From: Bacteriovoracales bacterium
GTDB taxonomy: Bacteria > Bdellovibrionota > Bacteriovoracia > Bacteriovoracales > Bacteriovoracaceae
NCBI GenBank assembly: GCA_030149295.1
Contig: JASBRV010000119.1
Span: forward strand, 5,332 to 69,331
DNA: 64,000 nt
Direction: 5' to 3'
Positions 53,904 through 63,233 of this stretch are shown here, piece by piece; within the stretch, counting starts at the first letter, position 1, and the number at the start of each line of letters is the position of its first letter. A model generated the notes under the pieces. The model saw only the letters and a program-made list of their open reading frames with translations, made no database searches and was not told the DNA's origin. The position numbers were made by a program, and so were the translations under genes.

Positions 53904-54752
53904 TTACCCTTGGGCAGCTGACTGAATAAGGCCGAGGGCTGTTTTAGTTGAGGCGTTAGCCTGACTTAATACTGAAGTACCTGCACTCATGAGAATGTTA
54001 TTTCTAGTGAGTTCAGCAGTTTCAGCAGCGACATCAGTGTCACGTACCCTGGAGTTCGCAGCAGAAAGGTTTTCAATACTTACTGCAATGTTATTTACTG
54101 TCGATTGGAGACGGTTTTGAAGCGCACCAAAGTCAGCACGAATACCGGAGACAGAAATAATCGCCTGATCAATTGCAGAAAGTGAGTTCTGCGCAGAGAT
54201 TTTGTCTGCAACCGATGCGAGATTAAGTCCTAGAGCCGCAACGTTAACGTCAGCACTAGAAGCGTCGAACGTTAAACGGTCAGATATAGGGTCATTTCGC
54301 GTACCAATTTGGATGTCGAAAACCGCACCTGTACCATTCAAGAGAGGAACTCTGTTGAATTCCGTCGAGTTGGCGATACGATCGATCTCAGAAGTAAGCT
54401 GCTCGAATTCAACGTTCAAGAACTTTCTCTCAGTAGCACCGATGGTGTCTGAAGCGGCTTGAACTGAGAGCTCTCTAAGACGAATAAGAATGTTTGAAAC
54501 CTCACTCAAAGCACCTTCAGCAATTTGTACGAGTGAAATACCGTCTTCAGCATTTCGCTCGGCCTGCTTTAGACCTCTAACTTGAGCTTTAAGGTTTTCA
54601 GAGATGGCCAAACCAGCAGCGTCGTCACCGGCCCGGTTAATTCGTTGCCCTGAACTTAGTTTTTCTAACGATTTATTCATCGATAGACGTGTTCCTCTCA
54701 AATTCCTCTGGGCATTGAGGGAGGCCACGTTCGTGTTAATTCGAAGTCCCAT
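53904..54752 (-). CDS. fliC: flagellin (second, tandem copy)
   Basis: Start moved from 54965 to ATG 54752 (MGLRINTNVASL...), which has an AAGGAGG RBS. The discarded 71-aa extension is K/R-rich junk that covers the promoter. Confidence 0.92.
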   Translation of the reverse strand: MGLRINTNVASLNAQRNLRGTRLSMNKSLEKLSSGQRINRAGDDAAGLAISENLKAQVRGLKQAERNAEDGISLVQIAEGALSEVSNILIRLRELSVQAASDTIGATERKFLNVEFEQLTSEIDRIANSTEFNRVPLLNGTGAVFDIQIGTRNDPISDRLTFDASSADVNVAALGLNLASVADKISAQNSLSAIDQAIISVSGIRADFGALQNRLQSTVNNIAVSIENLSAANSRVRDTDVAAETAELTRNNILMSAGTSVLSQANASTKTALGLIQSAAQG

Positions 54753-54850
54753 TTTATCCTCCTTGATAACGGGTTCCGAAAGAGACAATCTCTGTCGGCG
54801 TGCTTCCCCTTTAGTCGATCCATGACACAGGTCGAGCACCTTCAGCTTTC

Positions 54851-54877
54851 TTATCGCCCTGCGAAAATAATTCTTTA
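54851..54877 (-). promoter_or_regulatory. sigma-28 (FliA) promoter of flagellin gene 2
   Basis: The reverse strand reads TAAA-N15-GGCGATAA against the consensus TAAA-N15-GCCGATAA. Lies about 100 nt upstream of the corrected ATG. Confidence 0.75.
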
Positions 54878-55031
54878 GAAAAAAATGTCTTTTTTTTCGA
54901 CATTTTTTTGCACTTAAATAGCTGTTTTTACTTGTTTTAATGCATTTTTTATCCGACCTTTTCACTTTTTAAGTGAATAAAGTTTCATCACAAAGGTGTT
55001 CATTGCCACCTTTTTCGACACAATAGAGAAC

Positions 55032-55991
55032 ATGAATGTCAAAACTTTAAAAGAAATGCCCAATAAGCTTAATGAATGCGTCTCCTTGATAGAAAGTGCA
55101 TTCAACTACAATGACACCTATTCATATAAAGAGGACTTCTCACTTCTTTTACAAGAAGAGAACTATGAAAACTGCTTCTTTATCATGGAAGAAGGTGAAG
55201 TCCGCGCAACTCTTTTCACCCTCCCTAGAGTATTAGAATATAAAGACATCGATATCCCCGTTTTATTTCTTGGGGGCATAAGTGTCAGAGACGATAGGAG
55301 AGGAGCAGGTGTTTTTAAAAGTCTTTTGGAGACCATCATTCTCCTCAATGGAGATTACGCTTTTTATCTTTTATGGTCTGATCTTTCTCAACTTTATGAA
55401 AAGTTCTCTTTTTATGAATTCGGTCTAATAGAGGAAATTGATCTCTCTGATAAAGAAAATCACTTAAAGGAGTTTGAGCCTACTGACACTGGACTCTTTG
55501 TCGAAAGCTACCTTCATTTAAAAGATAAATACCTTGTTCCCAAACGAACAGATAAAGACTGGTATAATCTTCTTTTTGATTGCAAGTCCATTCAGATTCT
55601 AGAGGATCGTCAAAAACACTTTTATTTCGTAAACAAGGGAATGGACCTTCAGGGTATCTGTCATGAGCACCATCCGATTGACTCTCCCCCTCTTAACGGT
55701 TTTATCAACTGGCGTCTCACCGACAAGCCAAAACAAGGCAACCCACTGAGATACATGGGCTTTATGCGTATGGGTAATATTCAACATATTGATCGACTTT
55801 TACGATTCACTTCAAATGAACGTCTAAAAGTTGATCATTATAATGATGGCCTTGTCACTGTTATGTTTGATGGTGAAAAGTATGAATTACAAGAAAAAGA
55901 CTTCATCCAGGGACTATGGGGTCCTGGGCGAATTGAAGAGTGGACTGAGCTTATGCCTCATATTCTTATTCACGGATATGACTCCATTTAA
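55032..55991 (+). CDS. GNAT-family acetyltransferase with a C-terminal extension (Eis-like architecture)
   Basis: About 319 aa from ATG 55032. ISVRDDRRGAGVFKSLL matches the GNAT acetyl-CoA motif A (R-x-x-G-x-G/A). Confidence 0.6.
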   Translation: MNVKTLKEMPNKLNECVSLIESAFNYNDTYSYKEDFSLLLQEENYENCFFIMEEGEVRATLFTLPRVLEYKDIDIPVLFLGGISVRDDRRGAGVFKSLLETIILLNGDYAFYLLWSDLSQLYEKFSFYEFGLIEEIDLSDKENHLKEFEPTDTGLFVESYLHLKDKYLVPKRTDKDWYNLLFDCKSIQILEDRQKHFYFVNKGMDLQGICHEHHPIDSPPLNGFINWRLTDKPKQGNPLRYMGFMRMGNIQHIDRLLRFTSNERLKVDHYNDGLVTVMFDGEKYELQEKDFIQGLWGPGRIEEWTELMPHILIHGYDSI

Positions 55992-56033
55992 AAGGCGATA
56001 AAGAAAGAGCACAAAATAGCCGATAAAAATCTT

Positions 56034-57560
56034 ATGATATCGCCCAAATTTGGCGTCCTCATTCTTGTGCCTCTCCTTGCCTTCGTTATTTCAAATAATA
56101 CGAAAGCAGGCAGTTGTATGATTGATAAACTCAAAAAGATTGTTACGGAGAAGTTTTCACCACCAACACCGCCCCCACCAAAAGTCGTTAATGAAGAGTC
56201 TAATGAGAGTGTGCTTGAAAGTCTCCTTGGTCCCCCTCCAGAAAGACTCAGAGAAAATGCAGGACCTCTTAATCAACAGTGGCTTGATATTCTCAAAGAG
56301 GAAAATTCGAAGACCGTTTTTTCTGTCATGAAAAAGCGATTTAAAATTATGGGTACTGTTTTGGCTCCCTTAGGTGATGAAATTACAAAGAACATTAATC
56401 GTACATCAAAGGCAGACTTTCAAAACTTAGCAAAAAGATTAGATTCAGAACTAGAAGGTAAAAGATACGAGCTTCCGGCCATCTATGACATCGGACGGAT
56501 CATCGACGATGAGAGCTTCGCCGGAGAAATAGGAGGCAGAGGTGTTTACGAATTTATCCCTTCAGCCTTGAGATACCTGACAGGGGAAACGGAGGAAATC
56601 CCCGCCTTCCTTGCCAATGCACCAAGATCAGTAGAAAAACTTAAAGAAGCAAGAGCTCGTTTTCTCCCTTTAAAGGATTTACCTTCTGAGCAAAGGAAGC
56701 TTATCAAAGAGAAGTATCTTCACATTCTTTACAATGGACTTAAAACTGATAAAGAATTTGATGCTATTGGTATTTTTGATCCCGATGCGCGTCTTATTTT
56801 TACCCCAAATCTTTCTGTTGATAATGACGTCATTGATTACGTCATTCCCACGGGAGCCTACGGCAAAGAGTTTACGGAGGAGTTGATTCTAGCCGGACAA
56901 ACCCTTGGTCGATTCATTGACGAGAGCGGAAGTGATGTCATTAGAAAGATGGCCAATGAAAACCCTGACGTTTTAAGGGCAGAAATGGCACGAGTTGAAA
57001 ACTCTGCCAACACAACAGAGGAAATAGAAAAAGGCATACGTGAAGCAACTCATGAGGGTGTTCTCTCCCTAGTACAAGCCGCAGCCCTTTTGACCAAACA
57101 TAAGATACCCGGAATTGAAGACCCCAAGGAAGCTTTGAAAATCATCTTAAAACCCAGAGAAGATGGAACAAGTTTACTAACAGAGTTTACTGCTAAACAC
57201 ACCATGGGAATTGTAGGCCCTTTTAACTTATCAGGACGTCATTTGGGGCCAGCAATTGTTAAGGGTCCTAATGGTGACTATGTCTTCAGCAATGAGTTTA
57301 AAACCAATCTCTCAAAGACAAATAAAAATATTTTTGAAAAAATTCAGCAAAAGATAAAGAAAGAAGAGGAAATGGAGGCTCAAATCCGTAATCATCTTAA
57401 ACCAGAAGAGATCATTCCTGATCAAGCTCCCTCCAGACCAAAAGCTGAAAGCCATTTAGGAAGATGTCCTATGACCAAAAAATGTGACACCACCGGAAGG
57501 CAACCTCTGCAAGACATTGTTGATGCTTACTGGAAAGTTTTTGACTCTATTTCCGAATAA
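56034..57560 (+). CDS. secreted hypothetical protein
   Basis: 508 aa with a signal peptide and a PPTPPPPK linker. No family recognised. Confidence 0.55.
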   Translation: MISPKFGVLILVPLLAFVISNNTKAGSCMIDKLKKIVTEKFSPPTPPPPKVVNEESNESVLESLLGPPPERLRENAGPLNQQWLDILKEENSKTVFSVMKKRFKIMGTVLAPLGDEITKNINRTSKADFQNLAKRLDSELEGKRYELPAIYDIGRIIDDESFAGEIGGRGVYEFIPSALRYLTGETEEIPAFLANAPRSVEKLKEARARFLPLKDLPSEQRKLIKEKYLHILYNGLKTDKEFDAIGIFDPDARLIFTPNLSVDNDVIDYVIPTGAYGKEFTEELILAGQTLGRFIDESGSDVIRKMANENPDVLRAEMARVENSANTTEEIEKGIREATHEGVLSLVQAAALLTKHKIPGIEDPKEALKIILKPREDGTSLLTEFTAKHTMGIVGPFNLSGRHLGPAIVKGPNGDYVFSNEFKTNLSKTNKNIFEKIQQKIKKEEEMEAQIRNHLKPEEIIPDQAPSRPKAESHLGRCPMTKKCDTTGRQPLQDIVDAYWKVFDSISE

Positions 57561-57566
57561 AATATT

Positions 57567-59294
57567 TTATAAGGAGCCTTTTCTCAAGGTGAGGTAACCA
57601 CGAGTAAAGCTTATCACCCCGAACGCCCAAAAAATATAAGTGATGGTAGGTATTTCACTCCAGTGAGTGAACGTCGCCCCGCTTCCCAAAAAATAAACTC
57701 CGCTACCTATAAAGAGACAAGTTAAAAAAGTAAAAGCGAGAAAAATGATCGAGGCATTAATCATTCTGGCAGAATCTTCATAACCAGAAAGAATGAGCTC
57801 GAGACCATATTTTTTGTTCGAAAAGTCCCTTAAAAACCACTTTACGTGACGTGGAACAATTCTTGCCATACTAATCAGGTCTTTGGCCGCCCAAACACCT
57901 TCTTCGAACAACTCTTCTTTTGTAAAGCTCGATTGAATAAGCTCATGAATATCCTCTTCCATCATGGCATAAAGGTCGTAGTCTTGACCGAGACTTCTCC
58001 CAACACCATCTAATGTCATCAGGGAGCGAAAAACAATGAACCATTCCCTTGGAAGAAAAATTTCATGTCGCTTTAAGGTTCCAATGACTGATTTTAAAAC
58101 TTCGCTAAAATCCGTTTGCTGAACCGTCAATCCAATATAAGGTGAGAGAGAGTCTCTTACATCGGAGACAAGTCTATCAATATCTGGAATCTTTTCGTAT
58201 TCAGCAACCTCTAGAAACTCATAAACCACATTCTCATAATTAAAATTAATTAAAGAATATATGATCGCGACAAAATTCTTTCGCCCTCTCTTTGAGAGAG
58301 TCCCCATAAGACCAAAATCAATAAGCCCAATTTTTCCATTTTCGAGCAAAAAGAAATTCCCACCGTGTAAATCCGCGTGGAAAAAGCCCTCTGCTAAAAA
58401 TGTTTTAATAAAGACTTTTAATCCATCATTAAGTTTTGTTTCTAGATCTTCTAAATGAGGTTTAATCGCTTCATAATTGCTAAATGGGATTCCTTTCAAT
58501 CTCTCCATGACCAAAAGGTCACGAGAACTATATTCTGTATACATTTGTGGTAGATAAAGAAGACTTCCTCTATCGTGACGTTCTAGAACTTTTGCAAAAC
58601 GCGTACAATTGAGAGCTTCAGTATGAAAGTTTAACTCATTGACCAGAGAAAGACTGAAGTCATTCACAATGCGAGAAACACCTAAGAATTTAACTTCTTC
58701 ACCAACCTTTTCTGCCTGAGAAGCTAGAAAGCGAAGAATGGAGAAATCTGTCTCCATCATTTTTTCAATTTCCGGCCGCTTTACCTTAAGAACGACCTCT
58801 GTTCCATCAAGAAGTTTTCCCTTGTAAACAACTCCAATACTTGCTGTCCCAATAGGAGTTGGGTCAATTTCTGAAAAAACCTCATTTATTGGTCGTTCTA
58901 AAGATTCCTCAATTTTTCCTTTTACTTCATCAAAAGGAACTGGCTTTACTTTATCCCTCAGGATTTTCATCTCTTCAATAAAGGATGGATCGAAAATATC
59001 TTCTCTACTCGATAGTAGCTGACCAAATTTTATAAAAGCAGGACCAAGCTCCTCAAAACAAAGACGAAGACGATAGCCCAAGACTTTTGGCCAGTCTTTT
59101 TCTGTTTCACTCGTCAATTCATCTTTAATACTTCTCTTTGACTTAGGCAGAACAAAGTTGGGAATAGCTGCTGTCACGTTAAATGAAATGAACTCATCAA
59201 ATCCATTCTTTCCAAAAACCAAGACAATCTCACGTAGACGACTTACATTTCGAATAGTTTTGGTAATTCCGATACCTGTTTTAATCAAATCCAT
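57567..59294 (-). CDS. ubiB: ABC1/UbiB-family atypical kinase
   Basis: 575 aa. LGPAFIKFGQLLS, ASIGVV.KG and HADLHGGN motifs, plus two C-terminal TM helices. Confidence 0.88.
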   Translation of the reverse strand: MDLIKTGIGITKTIRNVSRLREIVLVFGKNGFDEFISFNVTAAIPNFVLPKSKRSIKDELTSETEKDWPKVLGYRLRLCFEELGPAFIKFGQLLSSREDIFDPSFIEEMKILRDKVKPVPFDEVKGKIEESLERPINEVFSEIDPTPIGTASIGVVYKGKLLDGTEVVLKVKRPEIEKMMETDFSILRFLASQAEKVGEEVKFLGVSRIVNDFSLSLVNELNFHTEALNCTRFAKVLERHDRGSLLYLPQMYTEYSSRDLLVMERLKGIPFSNYEAIKPHLEDLETKLNDGLKVFIKTFLAEGFFHADLHGGNFFLLENGKIGLIDFGLMGTLSKRGRKNFVAIIYSLINFNYENVVYEFLEVAEYEKIPDIDRLVSDVRDSLSPYIGLTVQQTDFSEVLKSVIGTLKRHEIFLPREWFIVFRSLMTLDGVGRSLGQDYDLYAMMEEDIHELIQSSFTKEELFEEGVWAAKDLISMARIVPRHVKWFLRDFSNKKYGLELILSGYEDSARMINASIIFLAFTFLTCLFIGSGVYFLGSGATFTHWSEIPTITYIFWAFGVISFTRGYLTLRKGSL

Positions 59295-59350
59295 TAAATT
59301 TTCCCGATTATTGTCTTTTCTGCTAGAGTATACCGCTAGGTCACCCGTTT

Positions 59351-59872
59351 ATGAATTATTGGAATATTTTAAAAAAGCTTTTCCTATTTACTTTTATCCT
59401 ACTAAGCTCAGGTCTTTATGCCTCTGACACATGTAGTCGTGTTGCTATTATCAACAATCAAGAGATTCTGATCGACTCTAACTCAAATGAGAAGGGCGAA
59501 GGATTACGTTTTCACTTAGAGAAAGATCCAATTGCAAAAGAATACCTGGAGAAATATCAGGATGGCACAAAACTAAGAATTGAGAATACCATTATGGGCA
59601 GCCTGGGGACAGGAATGCTTATTAGCAGTATTATGGTCGACAGTGAGTCCAAAAGTCGCCAAACTCTCCTGATAGGCGGTGCAACAATGATGATTTTAAA
59701 TTTTTTGATCGCAAGAACAACGAGTAGCACCAATGAAGGTAATCTTCGACGCGCCATAGAAGAGTATAACAAAAGAAATCTTCCAAAAATTTACTTCGAT
59801 CCCGATCAAAGCACTCAAAATAATGTTTCTCCTGAGTTAGGCTTAAGTCTTTCCAAGACTTGGACGTTTTAA
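59351..59872 (+). CDS. secreted/anchored hypothetical protein
   Basis: 173 aa with a signal peptide and a central hydrophobic stretch. Confidence 0.5.
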   Translation: MNYWNILKKLFLFTFILLSSGLYASDTCSRVAIINNQEILIDSNSNEKGEGLRFHLEKDPIAKEYLEKYQDGTKLRIENTIMGSLGTGMLISSIMVDSESKSRQTLLIGGATMMILNFLIARTTSSTNEGNLRRAIEEYNKRNLPKIYFDPDQSTQNNVSPELGLSLSKTWTF

Positions 59873-59882
59873 GGGAGCCTAA

Positions 59883-60185
59883 ATGTCATTAGTTGAAAGC
59901 CAAATAAAATGCTATAAATGCTCACAAGCTTTGGGCTTTTTCGCTGGAGACAAACTTGGTCGTCAAGAAGAGTGCCCAAGTTGTTACGCCAGTCTTCATT
60001 GCTGCAAGATGTGCCACTTTTACGACAAGACGGCCTACAATGAATGCAAAGAACCCATGGCAAACAGAGTTCTCGATAAAGAAAAAGCAAACTTTTGCGA
60101 CTTCTTTAAGATTGGATCATCTAGTGATGGTGGCTCAGATAAAAACAGCCTTCTTGATGCTGCCAATTCACTATTTAAAGATTAG
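59883..60185 (+). CDS. Cys-rich (9 Cys) putative zinc-ribbon protein
   Basis: 100 aa. Pattern CxxC-x17-CxxC-x5-CCxxC-x10-C-x16-C, followed by an acidic/Ser tail. Lies immediately upstream of greA. Confidence 0.6.
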   Translation: MSLVESQIKCYKCSQALGFFAGDKLGRQEECPSCYASLHCCKMCHFYDKTAYNECKEPMANRVLDKEKANFCDFFKIGSSSDGGSDKNSLLDAANSLFKD

Positions 60186-60208
60186 AAAGATTGAAAAATG
60201 AGGTAATT

Positions 60209-60682
60209 ATGCAAGAAACACCTATTACTAAAAATGGATATGAGGCCGTTGAAGCCGAACTCAATCAGCTTATTAAGGTTGATCGCGAAGAAATTAAAGT
60301 AGCTATCTCAGAAGCCCGCGAACTTGGGGACCTCAAAGAAAATGCAGAGTACCACTCAGCAAAAGAAAAACAAGCACTGATTGAAGGGAGAATCTCCCAA
60401 CTTCAGGGTGTTATTGCCAGTGCAAAAGTTGTCGACCCCTCAACAATGAATAGTGAAAAAATTGTCTTTGGAGCGACGGTGACTCTTCTAGATGTGGAAA
60501 AAGACGAAAACATTACCATTCAACTAGTAGGAGATATCGAATCAAACTCCTCTAAAGGTAAAGTTTCTTTTCAAAGTCCTTTAGGTAGAGCCCTGATTGG
60601 AAAAGAAGAAGGTGATACCGTTATCGTAAAAGCCCCAAAGGGTGATGTGGAGTATGAGGTAGAGGAAATTGAGTTCAAATGA
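60209..60682 (+). CDS. greA: transcription elongation factor GreA
   Basis: About 157 aa from ATG 60209 (GAGG RBS). Shows the coiled-coil and DLKENAEYH..K motif of GreA. Confidence 0.9.
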   Translation: MQETPITKNGYEAVEAELNQLIKVDREEIKVAISEARELGDLKENAEYHSAKEKQALIEGRISQLQGVIASAKVVDPSTMNSEKIVFGATVTLLDVEKDENITIQLVGDIESNSSKGKVSFQSPLGRALIGKEEGDTVIVKAPKGDVEYEVEEIEFK

Positions 60683-62789
60683 TATCCATTGGAACTCCCC
60701 CCTCAAAGTTTTAACTGGTGGTAGAAAAAGTAAAACCATCGATAAACTTGATAACAGAGGTATCAAAACCCTCTTTGACTTGTTATGGCTTCTTCCCTTA
60801 AGAACAACACCTTTACCAAAGGTTCAAAGTTTTAATGGACTCTGTGAAGATTCTCTTTTCAAAGGTGTGGCGAAAGTTCTCTCCTCACGTGACCAGGCGA
60901 ACTTCAAAGCGAAGGGCAAAGGTCGCACTCCACTTTCAAATGTTACTCTAACCATCCAAGATCGTTTTTCAGATCAAATGATGAATTTGAAGTGGTTTAA
61001 TTGCTACCCTTCCCAAGTAAAGTCGCTAAAAGAATACTCTTATATTTACTTCATGGGTTCTGTCTCGTCATTTATGAATGAGTTTCAAATGATCAGCCCC
61101 GAGGTCGAAGAAATTACCTCCATCGATTTTCAAAAAACCATAAATGATTGGCGAGAAAATGATGTGGATCAACTAAAAGTCACTTATCCTACCATCGAAG
61201 GTATAAGTCCTCACCACCTGTCAGGACTCTTTGATAAGATTCCAAATGAACTTTGGGACGCAATTCCTGAAAACCTTCCTGAAAGCATAAGGGAAGAAAG
61301 AAAGCTCATGGGCTTAAAAGAGGCTTTTAAAGTTCTCCATGGGAAAGTTGAGCCCACTATTTTTACCAATGAAAAAGTTGATCAAGCTAAAGATCGCCTT
61401 ATTTACCAAGAATTCTTTCAAGAACAAATTAAGATAAAATTGAGGAAAAAGTTTCTTAAAGGAGAGCCCGGAATTATTCTTAAAGACTCTTGCTGGAAAG
61501 ACCTTCTCGATATATTCCCTTACAATTTAACAGAGGATCAAGATTCTGCCCTTAAAGACATCAAAGAAGATCTTCACTGTGGCCATCCTATGATGAGGCT
61601 TATTCAGGGGGATGTCGGCAGCGGAAAGACATCTGTAGCCCTTGTGACAGCCTTGGCCATGGCTAATGATCATTATCAAACGGCTATCATGTGCCCAACA
61701 GAATCTCTCGCCCTGCAACACTACCTAACCTTTAAGGAACTTGTGAAAGACAAGTACTCTATTGATATTCTTCTTGGTTCTCAAACAAAAAAAGAAAAAG
61801 AGGCCGTGCTTGAAAAACTAAAGTCTCATAAGACTGATATTATTATTGGCACACATTCTCTTATTCAAAACAGCGTTTTTTTCGCTAAACTCGGCTTAAG
61901 TATCATTGATGAACAACACAAGTTTGGTGTTGAACAGAGACTCAGCCTCGTTAAAAAAGGTGAAAACTCCCACTGCTTACTTATGACAGCCACACCCATT
62001 CCCAGAAGTTTAAGCCTCACCCAATATGGAGACCTCGATATCTCAATCATTCGTCAGATGCCCTCAAATAGGAAAGGCACCCAGACAAGAATTGTCGGTC
62101 CTGACACATACTCTAAATATCTTTCTTTTTTAAAAACCCGAATCAGCATGGGAGAACAAGCTTATATTGTCGTGCCTGCTATCGAAGAGAACCCTGAACA
62201 AGATATGCTTAATCTCGAAGTCGTTCTCAAAAAATATCACAAATACTTTCCAGAATTTACCATTAAAGGTCTGCATGGAAGAATGAAAGCCGAAGAAAAA
62301 AACGGAACCTTTGTTGAATTCAGAGAAAAGCAGATCGATATTCTCATTAGTACAAGTGTCATCGAAGTCGGTATCAATAATCCTAATGCAACAGTCATGA
62401 CAATTCTTAATCCTGAGCGCTTTGGCCTTAGTTCTCTTCATCAAATGAGGGGGCGCGTGGGAAGAGGAGACAAACCTGGTTTCTGTTTTCTCGTAAACGA
62501 TAGAGATGTCTCGCAAGCGAGCTTAGAAAGGCTTGGTGTTATAGAAAAAAGTAGTGATGGATTTAAAATTGCTGAAGAAGATCTTCGTATTCGAGGAGAG
62601 GGTGATATATTTGGACGAGAGCAGTCAGGTGTAAAGTCAACAAGGGTAGTCTCCTCTCTTATTCATCATCAAGAGACACTAGAGAATGCGAAAAAGGACC
62701 TTGAAATCATTGAAAGTGAATTTCCTGATACCTTTAGTCACCTTATGGAAAAATATAGTCGTGATGACCTGATCAACAAGACCGTATAA
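60669..62789 (+). CDS. recG: ATP-dependent DNA helicase RecG
   Basis: 706 aa with a TTG start. Wedge domain, GDVGSGKT Walker A, DEQH box, and the TATPIPR motif. Confidence 0.9.
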   Translation: MSSNDIHWNSPLKVLTGGRKSKTIDKLDNRGIKTLFDLLWLLPLRTTPLPKVQSFNGLCEDSLFKGVAKVLSSRDQANFKAKGKGRTPLSNVTLTIQDRFSDQMMNLKWFNCYPSQVKSLKEYSYIYFMGSVSSFMNEFQMISPEVEEITSIDFQKTINDWRENDVDQLKVTYPTIEGISPHHLSGLFDKIPNELWDAIPENLPESIREERKLMGLKEAFKVLHGKVEPTIFTNEKVDQAKDRLIYQEFFQEQIKIKLRKKFLKGEPGIILKDSCWKDLLDIFPYNLTEDQDSALKDIKEDLHCGHPMMRLIQGDVGSGKTSVALVTALAMANDHYQTAIMCPTESLALQHYLTFKELVKDKYSIDILLGSQTKKEKEAVLEKLKSHKTDIIIGTHSLIQNSVFFAKLGLSIIDEQHKFGVEQRLSLVKKGENSHCLLMTATPIPRSLSLTQYGDLDISIIRQMPSNRKGTQTRIVGPDTYSKYLSFLKTRISMGEQAYIVVPAIEENPEQDMLNLEVVLKKYHKYFPEFTIKGLHGRMKAEEKNGTFVEFREKQIDILISTSVIEVGINNPNATVMTILNPERFGLSSLHQMRGRVGRGDKPGFCFLVNDRDVSQASLERLGVIEKSSDGFKIAEEDLRIRGEGDIFGREQSGVKSTRVVSSLIHHQETLENAKKDLEIIESEFPDTFSHLMEKYSRDDLINKTV

Positions 62790-62810
62790 AATAAGATAAA
62801 AAAGGTATTT

Positions 62811-63227
62811 ATGCTTGTTTTCCACATTGAATCCACTGATGAAAATGTTGATGGTGAAAAAGTCATTTTTTATTTTCAACAAATAAAGATAGGTAATTCA
62901 CCAAATTGCCATATTAAGATTCCCTCACTCAAAAGGGATCAAGTTGCCTTACAAATTGACCATTTCAAGGAGGGCGCTTTGGTTCAAAGCATTGAGGAGT
63001 TTCCTTTTTTATTCAATGGAAAAAAAATTATAGGTTCAAAGGTTTGGAAAATTAACTCAGTCATTCAGGTTGGGAATACAAGTATCTCGCTCAAAGAAGC
63101 TGATTTTTCACAGTGTAATCTCCCTATGAACCTTGAAGAAAGATATGATTTTTTTCAAGAAAATCACCAAGAATATGAAAGCATCCTAACAGCTCTTGAA
63201 AGAGAGCTGGTTCTCTCCGACCAGTAG
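62811..63227 (+). CDS. small FHA-domain-like protein
   Basis: 138 aa. The IGNSPNC.I.I......V.LQI.......V......F.FNGKKI pattern resembles an FHA domain. Weak call. Confidence 0.45.
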   Translation: MLVFHIESTDENVDGEKVIFYFQQIKIGNSPNCHIKIPSLKRDQVALQIDHFKEGALVQSIEEFPFLFNGKKIIGSKVWKINSVIQVGNTSISLKEADFSQCNLPMNLEERYDFFQENHQEYESILTALERELVLSDQ

Positions 63228-63233
63228 ATTTAT

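Noticed and set aside
54753-54965. N-terminal 71-aa extension of the second flagellin ORF in the track (start at 54965)
   Set aside because: The extension is K/R/C-rich and unlike any flagellin. It contains the sigma-28 promoter. The internal ATG at 54752 has a perfect AAGGAGG RBS and yields the canonical MGLRINTN start.
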